From Coniocarpon cinnabarinum (taxonomy: Eukaryota), in the NCBI GenBank assembly GCA_051942205.1, contig JAVECO010000064.1:62001-116326 (forward strand): 54,326 nt of DNA, in the 5' to 3' direction. The notes under the pieces were generated by a model. It searched no databases. It worked only from the letters and a program-made list of their open reading frames with translations, and was not told the DNA's origin. Position 1 is the stretch's first letter, and every line of letters starts with the position of its first letter. Made by a program: the position numbers and the translations under genes. Of this stretch, positions 12,575 through 22,199 are shown piece after piece.

Positions 12575-12935
12575 GTCGAGCACATACGCATTCTTAAACT
12601 CACCCCCAAATACTCTCCACATTCTCATTCGTCGAGATATTAGCGCTTTCGCGGGACCATATTCTCCAAAGTACTGGGCTCTAAAACATACACACCAGTC
12701 AAGCGCATCCGCGTCTCTCGATCCATCCTAAAAACTCTCAAGATCCTGGTTCGCTGGGGTTTCAGCGTTTTCGCGGGACCATATCTCTTCTGGTCTTAGG
12801 GTTTGAGACAACTTACATAACTCGAGCGCATACGCATCTCTCAATTTGCCCTAAAAACCCTTATAATCATCATTCGCCGGGGTTTCAGCGCTTTAGCAGC
12901 ATCATATCTGCTATCATCTTGGGCTGCAAAACGAA
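12575..12935. repeat. Degenerate tandem repeat, ~122-123 bp unit, ~3 copies
   Basis: Anchor AGCGCTTTCGCGGGACCATAT at 12642 with variants at 12764 and 12887. CCTAAAAAC and TTCGCYGGGGTTTCAGCG also recur at the same period. Confidence 0.8.
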
Positions 12936-13090
12936 CAGTACTTTCACTCCTCCATTACCGTCCTAATACTTCATTGAAGAGCGAGACATGCTGGCATAGA
13001 CGACCTTTTGGCTGACATAGCGTGGGAATTCGCGCTGTCAATATGTCATCCCAGCCGTCCCCATTTGATCGCTCTCGAGAAGGCCACTTG

Positions 13091-13330
13091 TCACTTTCCG
13101 GATCCTGAGCCGCCCTTGCCCCAAGCTTGCGAAAGCAACGGACTGAGAGTGGGCGCATAGTTTGGTTGCAGCATCTGACTGTGCTTATGGCACTTTATGC
13201 CCTTCCTATCGCCCGGTGTTGCGGTGCATTTTCCTCCCAGCTTATAGTGCTGACACTTGTCGTAGCGGACTTGCGCTCCGCAGGATCTCCAGAAGCCAAT
13301 CTGATAGTTGCAGGGTGCGTATTTGCACAT
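13091..13330 (-). CDS. Small MC-type Cys/His-rich protein (array member 4, 79 aa)
   Basis: MCKYAPC-x9-C...C...C...IKCHKH. Start context AGC-ATG. Confidence 0.75.
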   Translation of the reverse strand: MCKYAPCNYQIGFWRSCGAQVRYDKCQHYKLGGKCTATPGDRKGIKCHKHSQMLQPNYAPTLSPLLSQAWGKGGSGSGK

Positions 13331-13669
13331 GCTCGATTGAGGTTTGAGGGCTACTAGAGTTCTGTGGTGGACTGATGGCAGCTAGACACCAGGGTCAGTA
13401 GGCCGGAGTTGTATTGCGCCTACTGAAGCTTGCTTGGATTGCCGACTTGTTGGTCTGATGCTAAAACGATGGCTAGTTCACTACTGGGTAAAGACACAAG
13501 TAGTGCTGCTAGCTGAGGTGGAAGTGTCTGCGACCAACGCAAAGGCAGAAGTCGTTCGCATGAGCGTTTGCTCATCATGTCATTCAGGTATCACTCGTTA
13601 CGCACTTCCTCCCAACAACCCAGACTCATCATCATCCTTGGGACCTGTATCCACTACCTCTCCCAGCTA

Positions 13670-13861
13670 TTAATCCTCAGAAAAGCGATCCTTGCTGATC
13701 TTGTATCGTGGATCCTGCAAATGCTCATGCTCCCGACAGTACCAGTTGTTAAACACGAATGGCGGGTTCTTGCATTTCTTGCCGGTTCGGTCGTATCGGG
13801 CGCAGCGGCAGTAGGCTTTTTTGTCGCAGAAGCTGGCGCCGCAGTCGGTCTTCTTGCACAT
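13670..13861 (-). CDS. Small MC-type Cys/His-rich protein (array member 5, 63 aa)
   Basis: MCKKTDC-x4-C...WYCREH. Start context AAA-ATG with a C/A-rich leader. Confidence 0.8.
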   Translation of the reverse strand: MCKKTDCGASFCDKKAYCRCARYDRTGKKCKNPPFVFNNWYCREHEHLQDPRYKISKDRFSED

Positions 13862-14674
13862 TTTCGCGAAGTTGATGGATGCTGTGGCTTTGTGTGAATG
13901 GGTGCTTAGATGATTTGGTCTTGGTGTGGCTTGGAGTGTTTTGATTGCGATGGATCAGGTGGTGTATAATGGTTGTTGATTGGGTTCAGAAAATTGAAAG
14001 GAATGATGGAGGAAGATACGCAAGAAGTGTCCGAGTGTCTTTGATTGCACAGCAAGTGCACTGCTGTGCGCCTGTTGCCTAAAGAGTTTTGCTTGCATAG
14101 GCCACGATACTGTTCGCTCTTTGTGCGATACAGTCTGACTGATACTCGGGAGCTGAGAGCCATGTGCAGCAAAGCATAATGCTATGATGGGTGCCCTATA
14201 CAATGATAACCTCATCATCCATTAATAAGGCCTTGCACTGATGCATCAGACAAGTACATATTATGAACCGCCCCTGAGTAGCACGGAATCCAGCGACGTG
14301 TGAACAGTCGCGGTAGTTGATATGTGCATCTTTTGTCTCTTCCCTGACGTGAGTTTGCACAGTGTCATCTTGCAAGCAACGCAGACAGGCGAAGCCGCCA
14401 CGCCACAACTCGCTGCACTGTACGGCTTAGTACGCTTCCAGGGCAAAACCCTGCTTCACGTGCTATCATCAGCCACTGATGCAGTGAGGCGTAGTTGCAT
14501 GCTGGTGGTGCGGCGTAGCAGCAGAAGCACACCTAACATACATCCAAAAATCGAGTCCAGAATCGAAATCATGGACAAAGTCTCAAATACTCGGTTAAAT
14601 GATGTAAGAATTGCGCTGCAGCACGATTAGCAGTACTATACCTTTATCTCTTCTTCGCCATTACACACATTGAC

Positions 14675-15292
14675 ATGCTCCAATGGACGCCACGGGGTGC
14701 ACAACGCAGTTCTTCGCCCCCAGACCCAGCTCATGCCCTCGAACGTCCCGCTCACATTCCCACCCCAAAGGTGCTCGCCGAAAAAGCCACGCAGCGCATC
14801 ACCTTCGATTCCCGTGGAGCGATCGCTACCGCATGGCCCTCAGAAGGCGGAATTCTCATCAAAGATGTCGACGCGATCGACCTACTCTTTCTAGGCGTGT
14901 CCCGCACTGACCCCACACCTCGATCCAATCCATTCAGCCCCGTACAAGAAGATCAATGGTGCGCAAAGTTGCGGCAAATTGCCCCGCGGTGGATGCGTAA
15001 TGAGCAAGATTGGATCGAAGAGCGCCTCGATGGTAGATTCAAAACAGCGAAGGAGATTGAGCGCATCTTTGTCGCTTGGCCTGATCAGGGGAGTGGCGTT
15101 TGCGTACTCAAATTCTTGGACGGTCGAATACCGGATGATTTCGGTATTTACTATGCGTGCATCTCTATGGCGGAGCGTTGCGAAGTGCCCAAGAAGTTTG
15201 GCGCGCAGTTCTATGCGGATCCTAATGCGTGCTTTGAGCTGAGCAAAGACTACAGTGATGAATGCCGCAAGCAACGAGACGAGCTCGACTGA
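14675..15292 (+). CDS. Hypothetical protein (205 aa) with an internal duplicated AWP..G motif
   Basis: Intact ORF with globular-looking composition. Motifs IATAWPSEGGILI and IFVAWPDQGSGVCVL. Confidence 0.6.
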   Translation: MLQWTPRGAQRSSSPPDPAHALERPAHIPTPKVLAEKATQRITFDSRGAIATAWPSEGGILIKDVDAIDLLFLGVSRTDPTPRSNPFSPVQEDQWCAKLRQIAPRWMRNEQDWIEERLDGRFKTAKEIERIFVAWPDQGSGVCVLKFLDGRIPDDFGIYYACISMAERCEVPKKFGAQFYADPNACFELSKDYSDECRKQRDELD

Positions 15293-16230
15293 AATGCCTG
15301 GAACATACATGGGCGTCCTGTGTTTAGCTGATGGCCTCTTCGGCGCTTCAGCACACTGTCCTTATAGCTCGAAAATGATCGTGTTCTTCCTTCTCGGTGT
15401 CAAACACATCGTGTGATGATTGAGATGGCAGACAGCAGACAATGTTGCCTGACGGCCAAGTGGAACAGCACTTGCCGTATGTCAATTCAACAATATGTGA
15501 GGCACAGGGGGCTTTCGCCATCGTGTTCATAGCTTTTCGAGGCGAAAATTTGTCATCGCACAGGCTCAGCGACTTTTATCCGCAAGAGCCTAGTAGGGTA
15601 GGACCTGCCGCACCAGACTTTAGGTTCTTATTACAAACAAAGACCCATCGCCGCTGTACTATCAGGTTTGTAACTTGAATTGAGCTCATCGCATGCAGTG
15701 ACTTTTGTCTCTTGCTGTGACCCTTGCGACTAGTCAGGGGTAAAGAGAGTCTGTAAAATGTTCGTTGCACTACTAGTAGGTGATGTATCCGTCAGAAGCA
15801 AGCCATTGTTTTGTTTTGTCACCCCCGCATCTCGATTCTTCATCTTATCCGAACGACGTTCCATCACAGCAGCCTGAGTACCATTTCAGTGTTGTCGGAC
15901 CATCGGATGCACAAGTTCAGAATGCTTGCTCAGATCTACAAGCGCCAGTATTCATTCAGATCGACAACAACTGGCTTAGCGAAAGAGTTCTTTTGAAAGG
16001 AACGACAATCAGCGTCGTTACAAACAAGGTAACAAAGCTTGAACAACTCAAATCATTAGATACATCTGCGTTCAGCAAGAGCAATAGGACTTCTCCAAAA
16101 ACACATCGGTCTCTGCGCATCGACAAGGTAATTGCACCTAAGCGACACGAGCCGTTCCCGCATCACAGCGTGATCCGCTCCAACCCAGCACATTCCGTCG
16201 TCGATCCTCGACTCACTCAGAGGGGCTTGC

Positions 16231-16533
16231 TTATGTGTTTGCTGGGCCGTCGTCTGCCTCCTCTTGCGTTTGCGCCGTGGTATCCTGCTTGATGTCTCGG
16301 TCGCTTGGGCCCATGTCGCGTTCGTCGTCGGGATCTGCTGGCAGTGGCGTAGTATTTGTTTTTGGGTGGACTGGATACGTTTTGACACCACCGTTATGGA
16401 TCGGACATAACCAGGTCCACTCCTCCCATACCAGGAACTTTGGCCCCTGACATTTGCCGTTGCAAAAATTTATGTGGTTCTTGCACCCCTGGCTATCGAA
16501 ACGCTTCGCGCGACAATATTGTCGATAGCACAT
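16231..16533 (-). CDS. Small MC-type Cys/His-rich protein with acidic tail (array member 6, 100 aa)
   Basis: Internal ATG of the track ORF: MCYRQYC-x9-C...WLCPIH. Start context ACT-ATG. Confidence 0.78.
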   Translation of the reverse strand: MCYRQYCRAKRFDSQGCKNHINFCNGKCQGPKFLVWEEWTWLCPIHNGGVKTYPVHPKTNTTPLPADPDDERDMGPSDRDIKQDTTAQTQEEADDGPANT

Positions 16534-17651
16534 AGTGCTTTGATGCTCAAGGGATTCGAGTACTACACAATATTGTAAATTTGGTACATAGATCTTCAGA
16601 GTGTAAGCGGTACCCACGGTGAACAGGTGAGCCAGAAAATCCTTTCTAACAATGTATTCGATACACGAGCAGGCTGGCAGATCAATGGAACAGCTTTAGT
16701 GACTGGACTAGATTTGGGTTGTCCTGGAAGCGTGAGTGAAGCACGGTCAAAGCTGGCTGGGTTAAAGTATGAGCAGAAGCGTTTGTCGGAGGCATCTGCC
16801 TACGTTGAGGCTGTGACAGCACTGTTACACATGCGATCATTTGCGTGTCGCTCCAGCAGGTTTTTGCTGACACTCGTCACGGCAGAGACACCTGACTGAG
16901 CAAGTTTCTGGAAGTGCCATTCACCAGGTTTCTCTTGATGGACTACAGATGTCCTCAGCCGTCCACCCTTCACACTACCATCGTAACAGGTCTATTCGCG
17001 AAATATCATCAGGCGATCCAGTCGTGTGGTCCTACACACTTCCACGCAACATCCAAAGAATCACGAGACATGATGAGTCTCGCCCGAAAGCGTTTGTATA
17101 GCACAGCTTGGCGCATCATGCTGGCCGCAAAATTGGCCCTGACTTTTCGCTGACGCTCACTACTGGCTTGATGTCCGGGCCGAACTTCGAGACATGGCAA
17201 AAGTGACGCATGCTTATGTAGGACAATACGTTGGGCCTTGCTTGATCAACATGTTTTGCGCGCATGCATGCTCCAATAACCTGGTCAGCCGACTGTCAGC
17301 TGTAGCGTTGCTTCGGTCAGTCTGCACTTACTTGGATGTGGTCGGTCGGCGCACTGAATGACCTGTCAACGAACTCGTGTGAAGGCTTTGTCCGTGCGAT
17401 CGCTTACGACTGCTCTTTCAAGATTTCAAAAGAACGCGCGCGGCAATGCGGGGCAAACAATGGTTCAGATTTATTTCGTAACTGCGTGAGCGGTCATTGC
17501 CTCAAACCCGTCCTAGACTTCCAGAATGGGTTAATCGTGCGCACTATTCAGATCAAATGCTGACAACTGAGTCTCGAATTCACCATTCAAAATTCACTTC
17601 CACACCAATCTGGCACACCACTCCCTCGCGTGCGCGCTTCATGCGACAAAG

Positions 17652-17900
17652 TCACTCCTTAGGATCATACGCATTCATTTGACGATCCTTGCTGGTGTCG
17701 TACTTCTTCGCAATCGGCAACGTCCCCGTCTTCTCATGCTTCCACACCTCCAAGGAATTGTTATCGTGCCAGGAGCAAAACCACTGAGTCTTCGTGTCCT
17801 CCTCGAAATAAGGCGCATGGCCGGCGACGTGACACTCGCCGATGCACCAGATGAGGTATCGGGTGCAATAGCGCGATGCGCATGTCACTTTTACGCACAT
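17652..17900 (-). CDS. Small MC-type Cys/His-rich protein (array member 7, 82 aa)
   Basis: MCVKVTC-x4-C...WFCSWH. Start context AAT-ATG. Confidence 0.78.
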   Translation of the reverse strand: MCVKVTCASRYCTRYLIWCIGECHVAGHAPYFEEDTKTQWFCSWHDNNSLEVWKHEKTGTLPIAKKYDTSKDRQMNAYDPKE

Positions 17901-18630
17901 ATTGGAGTCTCAGACAAAGTGATTTGGGTAGTAGGCGTTTGATTCGTTGGAGATCACTCGGGGATGGTTTCTGCTCGTTTAAAGCAACCGCAGCTGAGCA
18001 CCAGAGAAGCTATGCATTAATGGGACAAGACTCAAGATCTCCAGTCATGTGTGGTATCTCACCTGTACAGGAGGGGTTTCGGGTCGTGAACACGTCCTGG
18101 ACGATTTGATGAATCAATAAGATTCTCAGACAATACTGGGAAGAAAAATGAAGACAAGGGAAGAATGTCGAAATGCGCATTGAAATAGCGCCATTGCTCC
18201 GTTTGCTTCATGTAACATTGTCAAGTTTCCAAGTTACTAAGTACGCTTTCTGTGGCGAAGGAGGTTGGAAGCACTGATGAACATCGAAAAAGCTTCGGAG
18301 CCCGTTGCATACAACGCAGTCATATTTATGTGAAGCAGGATCGAGGCGAACGCGGGTATCGCAACCTCGAACGCAACTTCGAAGAACATGGTTTTGCTGC
18401 GCAATAGTCAACGTTGCGACGGAGAAATTGGATAGAGTGTACAGGAAATAGCGCCGTTTATTCGCGCCTCAATGGAGAGCAAAACGATGGCACACCGGCA
18501 TAAGATCAAAAATGCACCAACACCAAGAATGCTGCTGGGCTGCTCATGGGAGTTTCCAGGATAATGTTCATATTGTTACATAACTAATCTCATGATCTAT
18601 CGTTGGCCGCCTGATCGCATGACACCGTAA

Positions 18631-21600
18631 TCATGCCACAAGCGCACTCCCCTCAATCGCCACCAACAGCATATTCAACCCCTCTTTCAGAGTCCCATTC
18701 ACACTCATGACGGCAAAGATTTGCTCCCGCACAGGTCCAAAGCAAACCTCAATCATCTCTTCCGCCTCTCGCTTCTTCCTGACCTGCTTCGGCGACAGTG
18801 TCGGACTTGAGATCACGGCCTCTCGGTGTAAGGCGCGTGGCGAGACCTCAGGCGAGTTAACGTTGTCGACGTCTGCGTCAGGGGCGCCTTGTGGGACAGA
18901 AGCAAGTTTATGCATATTGCGCGCGAGATTGCGGAGAACAAGACAAGCAACCAGAGGCAAGCCTGCGGGTTCGGCGCGCTCATCGAGAGCCGTGTGCGCG
19001 GTGATCAAAGTTCGCGTGGTAGTAGGAGCCGTCGGCGACTTGCTGGTTATAGCATCAGAAGCACTTGAGTCAGTGTTGGTCGGCGAGACGTTGAACTTGT
19101 GACGCTGCCATGACTTTTCCGAGGTATCAGGCATGTGTGTCTTGACATGCATGCCGACCTGGTAAGGCGTGGCTGAATTGATACGTCGAAAGCGGTGGCA
19201 GCCTGCCCAGTGACACGTATAGATAGTATCCGGTTTGGGATCGAAGTCCCACTTCTCAGCTCCCTGGTCGTCAGGACTGGTGGAGGGCTTCTTAGAGATG
19301 TGTAAATGACTGGTGACGATGTGTTCCCAAAGGCCCCTCGCGTCTCTAGCAAATGCACCACAACCATCTGACTCTTTTGCGGAGGCGGTCTCAGGTCCGT
19401 TCGTCATGGATACGTCCGAATCAGGAGTGCGCCAGAGGCACTTGAGGAATCCGCGACCTTTTGCATCCACTGGCACGGCTCTGGGTCTAATCCCCTTGAT
19501 GACAAAGCGTGGCGCCCCATTTTCGCCGGTCATGACTTGTGCGCTTGCCTTTTGGAAAGTATTACTGACATTCGTGATGAAATCCTTGGCAGGAAGCAAT
19601 GGATGAGTGCTGGCAAAGGGGGCGAAAGGAAGCTGATAAGCTTGCCAGAGTGCTATCTGGGTGATCTCTCCTCCGATGGATTCAATGAAACACGAGCGCA
19701 GCCAAGTGCTGGACCGCTCCGGCTCAGAGTATGACAAGAGGTGTTGCACGTGAGGTTGTGGGATTAGAGGTATGGGCAGGTCCTTCTGTGGGGAAGACGT
19801 GGAAGCAGGCACAGAAGAGTCTAATGTTGACGTCGACGTCGTCTCTTTTGTTTCCCCGTATTTGGCACCATGTAAAAGTAATCGCACAAGCTGACTAACA
19901 AACGAAGGCGCGTTAGTCGATTGCAAGAACATGCGCACGTTACTGGGCCGGACGGTATACTGATACAGCAAATCCAGAGCAGCCGCTCGGAGATCCTCAT
20001 CTTCGAGGACCATCCAAGAGGTCAGCCGCTGAATTACTCGTGAGGGGATGAGAGATAAAGGCGGCGCTTGCTGAGGAATCATTCCAAAACGGCATATCGC
20101 ACGCAGCGCTGCAATGATCATACCACGGTCAGGTCGATCGAGGTAGGTCACGACAGACATGAACAGTTGGTCATCATTTTCATGAGGCGTCATATACCTT
20201 GTCAGCTGTTCTGCAATATCAAGTCCATACTGCTGGATTTCAGTCGTGTTAGCTTGTCGTGGAAGATTGAGAAGAATGACGAGCAGGGCGCGAGCTGTTG
20301 GGAATCGAGCGACGTATTCAGCATTGAAATCCATCATAACCATGTTTCTTAGTATGAGCGCAGCCTCGTTGATAAGTGTCATACGACGGGAGAATTCTTC
20401 AGGCTCAAGCTTATCATTTCGCTTGCGCTTGCGTGTGAACGATATATCTGATGCATCTTGGTCTTGGTCAATAATCTGCTCAGGATCCTGCGATGCCGTT
20501 GATTCTCGGAAGGTGACAGCCCATTCAGTGTCGAGTGTGAGTGATCCAACTTCAAGTACCTTCGAGATCAAAGCTTCTGCAAGCCCCGAGAAGTGATCGA
20601 AACGAAAGCGATCGCCTCGCTCGTGAGATATCTTTGTGAGATGGTAAAGCGCGTATTCTTGTTCTTCCAAGATGCCGGACTGCAATGACTGGAGTGTGCG
20701 CGTATATATTGTGGGGCCTTGAAAACCAGCTGTGAAACGGTCAGTCAACATTCTAGGTAAGCTCATGAGCGCAAGTCATGAACATACTTCCAGGAGGAAC
20801 AAGACCAGGTGGAGGCTTTGAGCGCGCACTGTTGCCTTTCAGGTACGCAGCTCTGGCATCCCGAATACGTTTCTGCTCTTCTTTGAATTTATCGTAATTG
20901 TTGCCTGGTGTCATAACCGGTCGCAATTGAGCTGGCAGCTGAGGTCGCGGCTCGTAAGCCGCGAGCGACTGAGGGACGCCATTGGCGCCGTATACACCAT
21001 TGGTCTTCGCCGATGAATCCATCGATGGAGCTGGGGACGCTGCTTCTTTAGAGAATTGACGAGTGGAACGAGGCTGTGCGACCTCGCCTTGGAAAAGCTG
21101 TCGCGGAGGTGGTGCTTGTCGCAAACCTGCCTGGCGCGTCAATAGATAGTTTTCCGATGTAATGTCATCCACCTCTCACCTCTTGAAGTTCTACCGCTGA
21201 CGTTGCCTCCGTCTTCTGCCTCACCGATATCTTTCTGCGGTGATTGTCGATCAAGGTCACTTGGATCAACACCAGCAGACTCTGCGAGACGTTCCTCCTT
21301 CGTAAGTGGTCGCGAAAAGTTCTCGACGGTGCGATTCAAGAGGTCGCCGCCCTTAGCCGTGACCTCCTCAAGAATCTCCTTTGGCGGCGGTTGCCGTTTG
21401 TGAAAGTTCTGGATCTCGAACGCGGCGAGATTCTTATAATAAGCGGTTTTGAGAGTGAAAGCAAGTGTAGGTGCGGCAGAGCTTCCTAGATGAAATTCTT
21501 GGCCAAGCTTCCTCCACATAAGTTTGTTCTCCCTAGTGTCAGATACTGCATCGTAGCCGCCCTCTTGTGTCACTCTTTTGTAAAGTCTGTGAAGATCAAT

Positions 21601-21799
21601 GTTCCTACTGCCGATTCTGGGTGCGGGTTCAAGGGTAGTCCTGTAAGAGAAGTGATCGTCAGTACGTTGTACTGAAGGGCACAGCAATCCTGACGGCTCA
21701 CCCCCTCTCATTGTGATAGTCTTGGAGTTGGCGCATGAATTCATCTCGGTCGGCATCGCCGCTTGGAGCGGAATCTTCAGCCGCTGGAGAGGAGGGCAT
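18631..21799 (-). CDS. RSC9: RSC chromatin-remodelling subunit Rsc9 (ARID + armadillo-like + RFX-like domains), 4 exons
   Basis: Exon 1 MPSS...DEFMRQLQDYHNERG, ARID motif (IDLHRLYKRVTQEGGYD...LKTAYYKNLAAFE), GFQGPTIYTRTLQSL, and RFX-like motif (WLRSCF...GEITQIALWQAYQ...KDFITNVSNTF). Confidence 0.9.
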
Positions 21800-22199
21800 G
21801 TCTCAAATATTCACCTCACATTGCGCCAGACTCACCAAGGAATAATCCAGGAATGTTAGCAACGCACCTTCGTGTGTGATGCGTGGCAGCGCTGTTTCGT
21901 GTGCGTATGTACAGGCGTCAAAAGCAGCTGCGATTGCCTGAACGCGACTGGAAGGAATGCGCGTAGATCCAGGGCAAGGGAAACACGAGTCGAGCATGGC
22001 AAATGGATGAAATAAGGGTCAGCATAACCCTGAGTTCGGACTCTTCCTGCAGACAATCTCGTTCCTGATTGCCCTTTCGTAGTCTTCTAGTAACGGCGAC
22101 TTGCTGAGGAACAATCTACACACGTATTCGCAAGATCTACGAAGTTTGGTGACCCTGCATCGAATACATCGAACGCGGCGTTCGTAGGCCAGAGCACTG

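Noticed and set aside
9022..12935. CRISPR-like interpretation of the repeats
   Set aside because: This is a eukaryotic locus and the repeats are contiguous tandem units without unique spacers.
15780..16292. 170-aa plus-strand ORF
   Set aside because: No recognisable motifs, and it overlaps the 3' end of MC member 6 on the opposite strand.
10440..16831. Other minus-strand ATG-TGY starts (near 10513, 12586, 14670, 15409, 16106, 16193, 16831)
   Set aside because: Translated by eye, none shows the C-x4-C...C-x2-H scaffold and most stop early.
18208..18411. Minus-strand ORF with CxxxC and CxxC next to the MC array
   Set aside because: It has no Met-Cys start or C-x4-C scaffold, uses a non-ATG start and lies in the probable RSC9 3' region.
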